NCBI GenBank assembly: GCA_016930075.1
Contig: JAFGHS010000050.1
Coordinates: forward strand, 32,872 to 96,871
Direction of reading: 5' to 3'
Length of the DNA: 64,000 bases
Source: Deltaproteobacteria bacterium
GTDB lineage: Bacteria > Desulfobacterota > Syntrophia > Syntrophales > JAFGHS01
Within the stretch, counting starts at the first letter, position 1; the number at the start of each line of letters is the position of its first letter. The position numbers and the translations under genes are program-made. Of this stretch, positions 40,200 to 50,353 are shown one piece after another. Below the pieces are notes generated by a model. The model was given only the letters and a program-made list of their open reading frames with translations, had not been told where the DNA came from and searched no databases.

Positions 40200-42065
40200 T
40201 TACGAAGCCGTCCTCTCGATGTATTTGTTTGCCCATTCAATATCGAGCTCCACCAGCCGCGCGTAAGTCGGCACGCCTTTTTCGTCCCAGCCCAGCATCT
40301 GATAGTAGATTTTCTGTGCTTCCGCAAGTTTTTCCGGGTCCACCGCCGTGCTCTTCATCGGTCCTTCAGCGGGGGACGAGAAAAACCTTTTCGGCAGGAC
40401 ATCGTCCTTTGCCGTAATGCCTTCCCGGAGATTGAAGATGCGCGTGAGCGTCATGCCCCGTTCTGCCGTCTTCATCAGCCGCCAGTAGCTCATGGGCCAG
40501 CCTGTGATGTATTCCGTCGCCTCCATGAGCTGCTGCTGCCGCCAGGGCAGGAAGATGCAGATGCCCAGGTAATTGGCCACCTGACGCCACATGCCGAAAA
40601 GATAAAGGATGCGCGTCTTGCGCGGGCTCAGCTCCGTGGATGGGACGGCCTCGGCAATATCCACGCCGTCCAGGGCTTTGAGATTGACGACGTCGTCATG
40701 GATGCCCGTGCAGTGGTCGGCGCCGGAGCCGTGGGCGCTGTAGTGGAGGCCAAGTCCCTGCTTGTATCGCGGTTCGTGCATGGGAATTTCATTGCCTTTG
40801 ACATGGATTGCGTAGTCTTCCGCACCCTTGCCGATGATCTGGGCGGCCTTCCGCGACCCTTCGGCAAGAATGTTCCCGAATCCCTTGCGGTAGGCGATCT
40901 TCTGAAGCATCTCGACCATAGCCACGCCGTTTCCGAAGGAAAGATCGATGCCGTCCGTATCCGTCCTGGTCAGGATGCCTTTTTCCGTCAATTCCATGGC
41001 AAAAGCGATGGTTCCTCCGGCAGAGATGGTGTCGATGCCGTAGCGGCCGCAGATTTCGTGGCCTTTGATGACGGCTTCCACGCTGTCGATCCCGCAATTG
41101 GAGCCCAGGGCGGCCAGGGTTTCATACTCCGGCCCGCCGTAGATGGGATCGACGGGCCAGGGTTCGCTTAGACGGTTGAGTTTTTTCTTGCAGCGCATGG
41201 CGCAGCCATAACAGCTTTCCATGGTGTCCCAGTAGCCCTTTTCTTTCATCCGTTGGGGCGTCAACTCTTTTACGGTAGGGAAATGGCCACCCTGAAAGTT
41301 GCGGATAGGAAGATTACCGATGGCTTCGTACTGCTCCATCGTGGAGCCCGTTCCGTAAACGGAAAAGGGCGTCGGTTTCTCTTTCACTTTCTTGTTCAGT
41401 TGCCGAGACATCTCGATAATTTTTTCCCGATCCGCCATGTCCGGGGCTTTTGAACCTTTGACGGCGATGAGTTTCAGTTTTTTTGATCCCATGACAGCGC
41501 CCAAACCGGTTCTGCCGGCAGCATGAGAAACGTCATTGATGATGGCGGCAAACCGGACGAGATTTTCCCCGCCCGGCCCGATGGCGGCCGTGCGATAGTT
41601 GTCACCCAGCTCTTCCCGGACGGCACGGTCGGCATCAGCGATTTCCATTCCCCAGAGTTTTCCGGCGTCCCGGATTTCCGCCGCGCCGTTTTCAATCTTG
41701 AGATAGACCGGTTTCCCCGCCGCGCCTTCAACAATAATACAGTCGAAGCCGGCCCTCTTCAATTCAGCCCCCCAGAATCCACCCGCCTCCGCTTCGCCGA
41801 AGCAGCCCGTCAAAGGCGATTTGGCGCCGATGCTGTTCCGGCCGCTTCCCGGCAGGGGCTGTCCCGTCACGGGTCCCAGGGCAAAGATCAGCTTGTTTTC
41901 CGGTCCCAGCGGGTCCGCCCCGGCAGGCACCTCCGTCAGGAGTTTTTCCACAATAAATCCCCGGCAACCGAGGTAGCGCCGATAGTAAGACTCCGGCGGC
42001 TCTTCAATGGAAATATTCCCATTGGTCAGGTTTACTCTTAAAAACTTGCCATTATAACCGTTCAT
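40200..42065 (-). CDS. aor: Aldehyde:ferredoxin oxidoreductase (tungstopterin AOR family)
   Basis: GYNGK.LRVNL, KSPLTG, AAGRTGLGAVMGSK.LK, C..C...C, GPEYET, GIDTIS, YYQ.LGWD..G.P. Confidence 0.93.
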   Translation of the reverse strand: MNGYNGKFLRVNLTNGNISIEEPPESYYRRYLGCRGFIVEKLLTEVPAGADPLGPENKLIFALGPVTGQPLPGSGRNSIGAKSPLTGCFGEAEAGGFWGAELKRAGFDCIIVEGAAGKPVYLKIENGAAEIRDAGKLWGMEIADADRAVREELGDNYRTAAIGPGGENLVRFAAIINDVSHAAGRTGLGAVMGSKKLKLIAVKGSKAPDMADREKIIEMSRQLNKKVKEKPTPFSVYGTGSTMEQYEAIGNLPIRNFQGGHFPTVKELTPQRMKEKGYWDTMESCYGCAMRCKKKLNRLSEPWPVDPIYGGPEYETLAALGSNCGIDSVEAVIKGHEICGRYGIDTISAGGTIAFAMELTEKGILTRTDTDGIDLSFGNGVAMVEMLQKIAYRKGFGNILAEGSRKAAQIIGKGAEDYAIHVKGNEIPMHEPRYKQGLGLHYSAHGSGADHCTGIHDDVVNLKALDGVDIAEAVPSTELSPRKTRILYLFGMWRQVANYLGICIFLPWRQQQLMEATEYITGWPMSYWRLMKTAERGMTLTRIFNLREGITAKDDVLPKRFFSSPAEGPMKSTAVDPEKLAEAQKIYYQMLGWDEKGVPTYARLVELDIEWANKYIERTAS

Positions 42066-42375
42066 CTGCGCGCTCCTTTCGCCATGTCAGGTATTGTCAG
42101 TAGCAATTTTCCGTTATCGATCATGTATAAAATTTATTATCCTTAGTTATATCAATGGGAATATGTCAAGTAAAATAAGCGGGTTGTCGCATACCGATAA
42201 TGCGGCGGTTGTGAAGACTGTAAGGGATCGCCAGGGCAATGGGCAATCGGGAGTTGACGTTAATTCCCGTTGACAGATGCTTTATTTTTACCTAATCGCT
42301 CGGCGGGTTCATCGCAAAGATGCCCATCGCGAATCTTCCCTGATCCATCGTAAAACAAATTCGGAGCGTACCTTG

Positions 42376-42745
42376 ATGACCGACCGACAAGTTGAACGCA
42401 GGCTTGCTGCCATTTTCAGCGCCGACGTGAAAGGCTACAGCGGCCTCATGGGCAGGGATGAAATCGTCACCATTCGCATGCTCACCGATTACCGGGAGCG
42501 CATCTCCCATTACATTGAACGGCATAAGGGCCGTTTGATCGACGCTGCGGGCGACAACCTTCTGGCGGATTTCGGCAGTGTGGTGGATGCCGTGCATTGC
42601 GCCGTCGAAGCCAGAAAGAAATCAGCGAAGTCCTGCGGATCGAACCGGCCCTTACGCTTGCCCTTATCGAGAAGACCCGTCCCAGCGGAAACAAGGATTA
42701 TTCGTTCGATTCATGGAAGCCCTGAAAAAAGCAGGGCTCAAGTGA
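42376..42745 (+). pseudogene. Internally deleted adenylate/guanylate cyclase-TPR gene
   Basis: ERRLAAIFSADVKGYS...AGDNLLADFGSVVDAVHCA (~79 aa), then frameshifted EISEVLRIEP...FMEALKKAGLK*, a typical tail of such proteins. Confidence 0.75.
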
Positions 42746-42777
42746 CGTGGTTCAGGGATAAAAAACGGTATGATGTG

Positions 42778-42966
42778 TTACATCTTTGACTTTATTCCGA
42801 GGTCTTTGAATATTTTCCCGGCGAGGTGATCATTAATCTCCGGATGTCTGGGCATGGATGAACGTTTGTTTTGATCAGGATTCCACCACCAAGAATGGCT
42901 GCCGCCTTCTCTCAGCAATTCACACCCTTGTGAGCGCAGGCATTTCAGCAAGTCTTTTCGCTTCAT
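42778..42966 (-). CDS. hicA: HicA family toxin
   Basis: MKRKDL...GCELLREGGSH, PRHPEI, KIFKDLG. Confidence 0.92.
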   Translation of the reverse strand: MKRKDLLKCLRSQGCELLREGGSHSWWWNPDQNKRSSMPRHPEINDHLAGKIFKDLGIKSKM

Positions 42967-43175
42967 ATAGCGATTTTTTCTTCCTTATACCCGGATTTTA
43001 AAGCGGCAAGCGCATCCTGTCGATTAAATTCAAGCGCTTCTTGCAAAGTTACTTTGAGGCTTTTTAATAATTCCTCATGGGTTGGCTCCTGGCAGTTAAC
43101 ACCGGGCACTTCTTCAATCCATCCTATCCACCAGTTTCCATCCTGTTTTATAACCGCTGTATATTCTTTGTTCAT
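42963..43175 (-). CDS. hicB: HicB family antitoxin (short form)
   Basis: YTAVIKQDGNWWIGWIEEVPGVNCQE.T.EEL; 4-nt overlap with hicA. Confidence 0.9.
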   Translation of the reverse strand: MNKEYTAVIKQDGNWWIGWIEEVPGVNCQEPTHEELLKSLKVTLQEALEFNRQDALAALKSGYKEEKIAI

Positions 43176-43320
43176 TGCAAGTCCCTCAAACTTATGATTG
43201 TCCTATCCATTCGGACATTTATGATATGAGCGGAGAATAACAAAGGCAAGCTGCGTTGTCAACGAACATTCATGCTCCTTTCCACCCCATAGGTGACCTT
43301 GAATTTCTTGATATTATCCA

Positions 43321-43457
43321 TTGATAACCTTGTAAAAAGTCAATAATTTACCGGCCACGTCATACCTGCGAAAGTCGGTATCTGGGAATATCCGGTGATT
43401 ACAAAAGCACTGGATCCCGGCTTTCGCCGAAGTGACAACTTTTTACGGGAGCGTGAA
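43321..43457. mobile_element. MITE-like element (TIR ...GTAAAAAGT) enclosing a degenerate CGTCA...GTGAC REP doublet
   Basis: ttgataaccttGTAAAAAGT...cgtcatacctgcgaaagtcgg...tggatcccggctttcgccgaagtgaca...ACTTTTTAC. Confidence 0.6.
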
Positions 43458-43519
43458 TTTTATGCCAATAAAATGCCGCCTCAAAATGTCATGACCCCGG
43501 ATAAGATGTATGGGAAAGC

Positions 43520-44122
43520 TTACTTATTTTCTGTCGGCTGGGCCACCGGCTGCGCTGCCGGCTGATCTGCCGGTTGGGCCTTCCCGCCGTCAAATTTCAT
43601 TGCCTTGACGGCCTCTTCCATTTTGGCAATTTGCGCCGACAACTCTTCGATTTTCGCCTTCGTCTTGTCCAGGCCGGCCTGAATATCAATTTTGTCTGCC
43701 TGCACCTTTAATTTCTTGACTTGCAGATCGGACCTCAGTTTGGCATTGGCCTCTTTGCTTTTTCCCAGGCCGCATTTGTCGATGGCTTCGATTTTCACGA
43801 CATCATAGGCCAGTGATGACACTTTGCGATAGTTTTCGGCCATGTCTTTTTCATATTCGGCGTACTTTTTTTGCGCGCTTGCCCGCTCCGTTTTTAATTC
43901 AGCCAGTTGCAGTTTATCCGATGCAACTTGCAACTCATATTCCGCTTCTGCAAATCCTTCGCGTTTATCCGCGGGCACCTGGTTGACCAAAGCAGGATCA
44001 ACATTAGATGTGATTAAGGCAATCTTATCAGAAGTGGTTTCCTTGACTTTGTCAATCCATCCCGCCTGTGCGGTTGCTGCAAAAATCAGTACAGATGCCA
44101 ATGCCATAATGATCTTTTTCAT
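43520..44122 (-). CDS. Secreted coiled-coil hypothetical protein
   Basis: Signal peptide MKKIIMALA..AQA, K/E/A-rich helices, QPA-repeat tail; RBS GGAGG. Confidence 0.75.
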   Translation of the reverse strand: MKKIIMALASVLIFAATAQAGWIDKVKETTSDKIALITSNVDPALVNQVPADKREGFAEAEYELQVASDKLQLAELKTERASAQKKYAEYEKDMAENYRKVSSLAYDVVKIEAIDKCGLGKSKEANAKLRSDLQVKKLKVQADKIDIQAGLDKTKAKIEELSAQIAKMEEAVKAMKFDGGKAQPADQPAAQPVAQPTENK

Positions 44123-44169
44123 GTTTGCCTCCTTCCAAAATAGGTTCGAATTTTTCATTGCTTAAGAAA

Positions 44170-44198
44170 TTTATAGTGTAGGTGATCGGGAATGTCAA
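44170..44198 (-). promoter_or_regulatory. Sigma70 promoter
   Basis: Minus strand TTGACA-17 bp-TATAAA. Confidence 0.65.
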
Positions 44199-44342
44199 GG
44201 GCGCAGGAGTTTATCAAGACTCCATTCAGCCCCCGGCAACCGGTCCCGCCCTGAACCACCTGTAAGGCCGGTTCTATTAATCATTGAATTTACGGCATGA
44301 GCCTGTTAAAAGACAGGCAGCCCTTTAAGAAGGAGAAGATCA

Positions 44343-45683
44343 TTGGAACTTAAACGCCAGCTTGGATTGCCGACCGCCATATTCATCATCATTGCCGATG
44401 TTATCGGTACGGGGATTTTCATGACGACCGGAAACGTCCTCGGCATTACGGGAAGCGCCGCGGCGACGCTTGCCTTATGGGCCGTGGGCGGCCTCGTCGC
44501 TCTCACGGGGGCTCTGTGTTATGCGGAACTGGCCACCCTCTGGCCCGACGACGGCGGCGAATATGTTTATCTTAAAAAAATATTCGGCCTCCTGCCGGCC
44601 TTTCTGACCGGCTGGATCTCCCTGGTCGTCGCTTTTTCCGCCGCCGCCGCTCTGTCGTCCATGACCCTGGTTTTATATCTCAACGAACTATGGCCGAACG
44701 GACCCCTGTCCGGAATATGGGCGCAGAAGATCACGGCCGCGGCGATCATCTGCTGTTTCGGAGTCCTGCACATCACCGGCGTGAGGCGCGGCAGCTTTAT
44801 CCAGAATTTTCTGACGGTCTTCAAGATCATGATTGTTTTTTCCATCATTGTCTTCGGCCTGGCCCTGGCCGACTGGGGCGAGGTCGGAAGGCTCGCGGCG
44901 GATTATCCGTCAGCGGACAAAAACGTTTTCCATTTCGGATTTCCCCTTCTGCTGATCATGTTTGCCTATTCCGGATGGAACGGGGCGAGCTACATGGCCG
45001 GTGAAATCAAAAACCCGCAAAAAAACCTCCCCCGTGCCATGCTTTCGGCGACCGTGATCATTACCGTCCTCTACCTGCTGTTAAACGTCGTCTATCTCAT
45101 CTCGACGCCCGGCGAAGGGCTGATGGGGAAAACGGCTGTCGGCGCCATCGCGACGGGAAATCTTTTCGGGCCGCGTTTTTCACCCCTGTTCACCCTTGGC
45201 ATCGCGTTTATTCTGCTGACGTCCGTCTCGGTGCAGATGATGATCGGCCCCCGCGTCTATTACGCCATGGCCAGGGACGGCATGATCTTTAAATCTCTCA
45301 AAAAGGTGAGCCCGCGCTTCGGAACGCCCCATGTGGCCATCATCACCCAGATGATCATTGCGGCGGCGTATGTCTTTATCGGCAGGGAGAGCATCGAAAC
45401 GCTCCAGGCGTTTATGGGGTTTGCCCTCGGTTTTTTCCCGCTCCTTACCGTTTCAGGGCTCGTCATCGTGCGCTACAGGCATCCGGAAATGGAGAGCCCT
45501 TACCGGACGCCTTTTTTCCCTCTCGTCCCCTTGATCTATATCACCCTGACGGCCGCCATGATGGTGTCCGCGCTTTTCACCTGGACGACAACGTCTCTGT
45601 TTGCCGTCGGCGTCTGCCTTGCGGGCGTCATCGTATTTTTTATCTGGCAGAAATGGTTGGGACAAAAGACCCCTGCGGGATAG
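44343..45683 (+). CDS. APC-superfamily amino acid permease
   Basis: IGTGIF, YAELAT..P..GGEYVY, FAYSGWN, GEIKNP.KNLP, PRVYYAMARDG; ~12 TM segments. Confidence 0.93.
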   Translation: MELKRQLGLPTAIFIIIADVIGTGIFMTTGNVLGITGSAAATLALWAVGGLVALTGALCYAELATLWPDDGGEYVYLKKIFGLLPAFLTGWISLVVAFSAAAALSSMTLVLYLNELWPNGPLSGIWAQKITAAAIICCFGVLHITGVRRGSFIQNFLTVFKIMIVFSIIVFGLALADWGEVGRLAADYPSADKNVFHFGFPLLLIMFAYSGWNGASYMAGEIKNPQKNLPRAMLSATVIITVLYLLLNVVYLISTPGEGLMGKTAVGAIATGNLFGPRFSPLFTLGIAFILLTSVSVQMMIGPRVYYAMARDGMIFKSLKKVSPRFGTPHVAIITQMIIAAAYVFIGRESIETLQAFMGFALGFFPLLTVSGLVIVRYRHPEMESPYRTPFFPLVPLIYITLTAAMMVSALFTWTTTSLFAVGVCLAGVIVFFIWQKWLGQKTPAG

Positions 45684-45941
45684 GTTTCAGGCGCCGGGAC
45701 ATGCGCATCGGTTGCTGTTCCCTCCGCGGCGCAAAAGTCCGTGATTAAAGACATATCCTGATCCCATCACCCATAAACGGCGATCTGATTCGTGATTTCC
45801 CGCCGTGAAGGGGTCTTTTCTTTTCTTGACAAGGCCGGACGGTCTATACTAAACGGTAAGTACAGCGCCGCGGCTTTACTCCAGAATCACTTTGAAATTC
45901 GGTAATTACAAATAACCACATAAACAGGAGGGTGTTGAGAT

Positions 45942-46095
45942 ATGGGGGGGGACTGCTTGAAGGCGCCACCGTTCTGGATTTTTCGGATTATATTGCGGTT
46001 CCTTACCGCGGGAGAGCACAGCGCCGAGGTCCTTGCACAGTTCGGGTACGGTCCGGGGGAGATCGAAGAGTTTAAAAACAGGCCGTCATCCGATA
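45942..46095 (+). pseudogene. Internally deleted CaiB/BaiF (class III) CoA-transferase remnant
   Basis: After RBS AGGAGG: M-GG-LLEGATVLDFSDYIAVPY (frameshifted N-terminus) joined directly to GEHSAEVLAQFGYGPGEIEEF (C-terminal motif). Confidence 0.72.
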
Positions 46096-46133
46096 GGACG
46101 GTCGTTCATACGGATGGAGCGCCAAAGGAGTCT

Positions 46134-47003
46134 ATGATGAAAAAAATTGCCGCCCTTGTGTTCATGTTCATGCTGCTTGCCGCCGGGCCGCTTCTGGCGG
46201 TGCAATCGACCATTCTTGATGTCGAAGGCAAAGCCTGCATGGGAGACGACAAATCGAGAAAACAGACGGAGCAGGCGGCCATGACCGACGCCAAAAGAAC
46301 TGCTGCGGAACGGGCGTTGACCTACGTCAAGAGCGAAACCCAGGTCAAGGATATGGCCGTCGAAAAAGACCTTGTCAATGCGTATTCGCGGGCGACCGTC
46401 AAGGTCGTCGAGGAGCTTGATAAAGCCTGGTATAAAGATGCGGACGCCGGCAACTGCTATCGCATAAAGATCAGGGCGGAGATTGTTCCCGATGAGCAGA
46501 TGCTGGCCAAGGCCGCCGATGTCAAAGGTCTGGCCGATGATCCGGGGGCGCCGCTTGCCGTAAAGCTCTGGACCGACAAGTCCGAATACAAGCAAGGAGA
46601 AACGGTCAAGATATATATCAAGGGGAATAAACCCTTTCACGCCCGTCTCCTGTATAAGGATGCGGCAGGACAGATGCTGCAGCTGCTGCCCAACCCCTAC
46701 CGCAGCGAAGATTATTTCAACGGCGGCGTCATCTATGAAATCCCCTCGACGCAAGACCGCTTTGAATTGGAGGTATCGCCCCCTTTCGGCCGGGAGGATA
46801 TTGTGGTCTATGCCGGCACAGCGCCCCTGGGGGAGATCAGACTGAAGGCCGGGAAAAATGATCCCGTGTATCAGGTTGTGTCCAAATCGGATGATTTGCC
46901 CCGGCTGACGAGGGGCATCAAGATTAAGGAGAAGACCTCCGGCGGCAAGGATTTGCCGTCGGAATTTTACGAACAGACCTTAACCATCAAAACCTCCCGG
47001 TGA
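46134..47003 (+). CDS. Secreted DUF4384-domain protein
   Basis: Signal peptide MMKKIAAL..., VKLWTDK..YK.GE.V.I, QLLPN, FELEVSPPFG.E; RBS AAGGAG; real start 46134, not 45942. Confidence 0.78.
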   Translation: MMKKIAALVFMFMLLAAGPLLAVQSTILDVEGKACMGDDKSRKQTEQAAMTDAKRTAAERALTYVKSETQVKDMAVEKDLVNAYSRATVKVVEELDKAWYKDADAGNCYRIKIRAEIVPDEQMLAKAADVKGLADDPGAPLAVKLWTDKSEYKQGETVKIYIKGNKPFHARLLYKDAAGQMLQLLPNPYRSEDYFNGGVIYEIPSTQDRFELEVSPPFGREDIVVYAGTAPLGEIRLKAGKNDPVYQVVSKSDDLPRLTRGIKIKEKTSGGKDLPSEFYEQTLTIKTSR

Positions 47004-47065
47004 TGTTGAGAGTCATGTTGAAAAAAAAGGTAAACGCGACCCCCTTTAAAGGATGGAGCCGAATC

Positions 47066-49417
47066 ATGATAAAGCCGACGTATTGCAATTCTGAAAGAAA
47101 ACAGTCCCTTTTTCACCGGGTGCGAATCCTGTGTCTCTTTTGCCTAATCGTTTTTCTCATCGGCGGGTGCGGCGCGGGGATGGTTCAGGACATGAAAACC
47201 AATATTGAAGACATCAAAATCAGTTCGCTCATGCAGAAAAAGCAGCACCATGAACTGATCCGCACCCTCCAGCCTGCGCTGGACAAAAACGAACCGTTGT
47301 CTTCTTTCCGCACGTTCCTTCTCGCAGCGGCATACTATGAAATCCGCGACTACGAAAAAATGTTCAGGACGGCGGATTTGCTGGAACGCCAAATCGGGAA
47401 AGGGGATGTCGCCGGGTACGGCGGGAATCTCTCCGTTTATCCGTATACATTGCGGGGTTTCGCCTATCTTGACCAGGGGGTTTTCGACAAGGCCCTGGCG
47501 GAAGCGTCAAAAGCCGCCGTCATCCTTGATCGCGACGCAAAGAATGACAACACCTTCTATCGAACGCAGCTCATCGACATCTCCTGCATCGCCGGAATCG
47601 CTTCGGCCGAGGCCGGACGCATGAAGGACGCCGACAGACACATCAAAACCATCGAAGATGTGACGACTATCGGCGGCATTCTGGGTCCGGAAAAATATGT
47701 CGCCTTGGCCAGGATACACATGGCCAAACGGGATTATCAAAGCGCTCTATCCGCTGTTCAGAATCCGCGTGCCGGCGTCCTGGGCCTTTATACGGTCTTT
47801 TACGATCAAACCTTTCAGGAACTCCCCAAATATTTCATCCTCGTCAAGTGCCTCTATGAAACGGGCAAAGTGGAAGAGGCGAAAAAAGGCTACGATCAAC
47901 TCCTCGGCCATCCCCAGATGCGGCAGATCGGGGGGCTTCTGTGGCCCGCGCTTCTCGACCGGGCCCGCATCGCCCGCCGCGAGGGTGACGTGAAACGGGC
48001 CGAAGAGCTTTTAAAAGAGGCTGTTGAGGTTATCGAAAAGCAGCGGGCGTCCATCAATACGGAAACGGGCAGGATCGGCTATGTCGGCGACAAGCAGGAT
48101 GTCTACCGGGAACTGATTGCCCTGCTCTGCGGCGGCAACCGTGCGGCGGAGGCCTTTGAATACGTCGAACGGGCGAAGGGACGGGCCCTCGTGGACCTGC
48201 TGGCGGCCCAGACGAAGATCGCCGTCCGCGGAAAGAATGCGGAAAATATCGACCGGACCCTCAGCCGTTTGACCGATGCCGAAAAGGCAAGCGCCACAGT
48301 GGCCGATGTGAAAATGCCCGGCGATGTTGCCGGAACCCGCGGCGTTGTTTTAAAACTGAAAAAAGAACTTCAGGCCCAGGACCCGGAACTGGCTTCCATC
48401 ACGACGGTCACGGACACGGATGTCAAATCCATTCAGTCGCGCCTGAACGCCGATGAGTCGATCCTGGAATATTTCGAAACAGACGAAGCGTGGTATGCCT
48501 TCGTTCTTTCCCGAAACCACATCCGGGTCACCGCCATCAACGGGGCCGGTCTGGCGGACGATGTAGCGGATTTCCGGCAAAAGCTGACACGAGCCGGCAA
48601 AACGGATTATATGGCCCGTGCAAAAGCACTCTATGGAAAGCTCTTTGCACCGGTGGCGGGGCAGTTGGCCACGCCCAGACTGATCATCGTTCCCCACGGC
48701 GTCCTCCATTACCTCCCCTTCAACGCTCTCCATTCCGGGAAGGAATTCCTCCTTGACCGCTATCAGCTGAGAATTCTGCCCAGCGCAAGCATTCTCGGCA
48801 TATTGGCAGACAGGGCCGGAACGGGCAGGCGCTCGGCCCTCATCATGGGCAATCCGGATTTGAAGAATCCGTCCCTCGACCTGAAATATGCGGGACAGGA
48901 GGCCATCGCCCTGGGCAAGATCATTCCGCAGGCAACGGTCCTTTTGAGAAACAACGCCCGGGCCGACGTGATTCGTGATAAAGGCCATCAATACGGCATC
49001 CTTCATTTCGCCGTCCACGGCGTCTTTGATGCGGAAAATCCCCTCAACTCCGCCCTTCTTCTTGCCGGAAACGGGTCGGGTCAGGGCCTTCTTAAGGCGG
49101 GAGATCTCTATCAGCTCCGTTTGAACAGCGACCTGATTACTTTAAGCGCCTGTGAAACGGCCTTAAGCGTCATATCCAAAGGGGACGACGTCATCGGTTT
49201 TACAAGGGGGTTTCTCTACGCCGGGGCGCGATCCATTGTTTCAAGCCTCTGGCAGGTGGATGACGAGGCAACGCGGGACTTGATGGTGGGCTTCTACCAG
49301 CGGCTTCCCCGAATGGACAACGATAAGGCCCTCAGGGAGGCCCAGTTACAGGTCAAAAAGGGCCGGCCTCACCCCTTTTACTGGGCGGCTTTTCAATTGA
49401 CGGGTCTGCCGAAATAG
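47066..49417 (+). CDS. TPR + CHAT (caspase-like) domain lipoprotein
   Basis: Lipobox-like LIGGC, TPR helices, AFEYVERAKGR, PHGVLHYLPF, ILHFAVHG, LSACET, SLWQVDD, HPFYWAAF; start 47000 or 47066. Confidence 0.9.
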   Translation: MIKPTYCNSERKQSLFHRVRILCLFCLIVFLIGGCGAGMVQDMKTNIEDIKISSLMQKKQHHELIRTLQPALDKNEPLSSFRTFLLAAAYYEIRDYEKMFRTADLLERQIGKGDVAGYGGNLSVYPYTLRGFAYLDQGVFDKALAEASKAAVILDRDAKNDNTFYRTQLIDISCIAGIASAEAGRMKDADRHIKTIEDVTTIGGILGPEKYVALARIHMAKRDYQSALSAVQNPRAGVLGLYTVFYDQTFQELPKYFILVKCLYETGKVEEAKKGYDQLLGHPQMRQIGGLLWPALLDRARIARREGDVKRAEELLKEAVEVIEKQRASINTETGRIGYVGDKQDVYRELIALLCGGNRAAEAFEYVERAKGRALVDLLAAQTKIAVRGKNAENIDRTLSRLTDAEKASATVADVKMPGDVAGTRGVVLKLKKELQAQDPELASITTVTDTDVKSIQSRLNADESILEYFETDEAWYAFVLSRNHIRVTAINGAGLADDVADFRQKLTRAGKTDYMARAKALYGKLFAPVAGQLATPRLIIVPHGVLHYLPFNALHSGKEFLLDRYQLRILPSASILGILADRAGTGRRSALIMGNPDLKNPSLDLKYAGQEAIALGKIIPQATVLLRNNARADVIRDKGHQYGILHFAVHGVFDAENPLNSALLLAGNGSGQGLLKAGDLYQLRLNSDLITLSACETALSVISKGDDVIGFTRGFLYAGARSIVSSLWQVDDEATRDLMVGFYQRLPRMDNDKALREAQLQVKKGRPHPFYWAAFQLTGLPK

Positions 49418-49429
49418 AAGGGAAACCGG

Positions 49430-50131
49430 TCATATCCCCTCGAAGAGGTATTCGACGGAATCCAGCTTTTCCTCAATAGCCAAACTCAATATTTTGGAAA
49501 AGGTGTCGAGGATGACGATGGCGTTGCTGTTGGCCTCCGCCTTTTTATTCGTCTTGATGACCCTGGCAATACGCCTGCACATGGCTTCATTCAGCCGCTC
49601 GACGTTCCGGTAGGCCCGATTCAGTCCGTCGAGGGAAATGTCCGGTTTTCCGCCTTTTTTGGCGATGAAATACTGGGACATCAGGTACATGGACGCTGAA
49701 CGGATGACGGTTTCCTGGGAAGTGGAAAAAGGCAGATGGAACCGGGCCATGGGTTTGAGAAAATCCATGACCGGACAATTGCTGGTTGCCATAATGATGC
49801 CGAGAATGGAGGCGATGGCCCGCTGGGCCGGCGCCTCCTTAAAATAAGTCCGTTCCTTGGTTTCAACGGTGATCTTCATCATCTCTATGGACTGCATTTC
49901 TTTGAAGCATTCGACGAGGCCTGCGATATTCACGGCGATCGGGCAGTACGGATGTCCGTCGCTTTCAAGCGGGCAGACGTCGCAGCGGCAATTGTCCAGT
50001 TCTGTCCACGCGGGCGGTTCCCCCTGCTCCTTGACGATGAGAGAATTCGTCGCGCTGTCGATGACGATGGGATACGTTATCGATGTCCCGTTTGACATTT
50101 CAAAGGTATAGTTAATTTGGATATTATCCAT
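49430..50131 (-). CDS. Conserved hypothetical protein (DUF6901-like)
   Basis: PPAWTEL...C..CPL......CP.A, V.T.ERTY, MATS.CP...FLKPMARFHLPF. Confidence 0.7.
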   Translation of the reverse strand: MDNIQINYTFEMSNGTSITYPIVIDSATNSLIVKEQGEPPAWTELDNCRCDVCPLESDGHPYCPIAVNIAGLVECFKEMQSIEMMKITVETKERTYFKEAPAQRAIASILGIIMATSNCPVMDFLKPMARFHLPFSTSQETVIRSASMYLMSQYFIAKKGGKPDISLDGLNRAYRNVERLNEAMCRRIARVIKTNKKAEANSNAIVILDTFSKILSLAIEEKLDSVEYLFEGI

Positions 50132-50353
50132 GTTCTCACGTTTCCTTTAAATGCCGCGCCGCCTGACCGCTCACGGAATACGGCGGCTATCCTGTTCGAT
50201 TCCGCCCTGCAACCGTTGCCGGACGATCCTTCCCGGCGTTTTCCGGCATCTGCGTGTCATACTACATCGGTTTGCCGCGCTTGTAAATACGCCAAATCGA
50301 CTATTCAAAAATATTCGGGTAATTGCGTATCGATCCGCCCCTCCGGGAGGGGT

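Noticed and set aside
50250..50290. c-di-GMP-I riboswitch (GGCAAACC on the minus strand)
   Set aside because: No matching P2/P3 stems; better explained as the spacer of a TTTACA-17-TAGTAT promoter.
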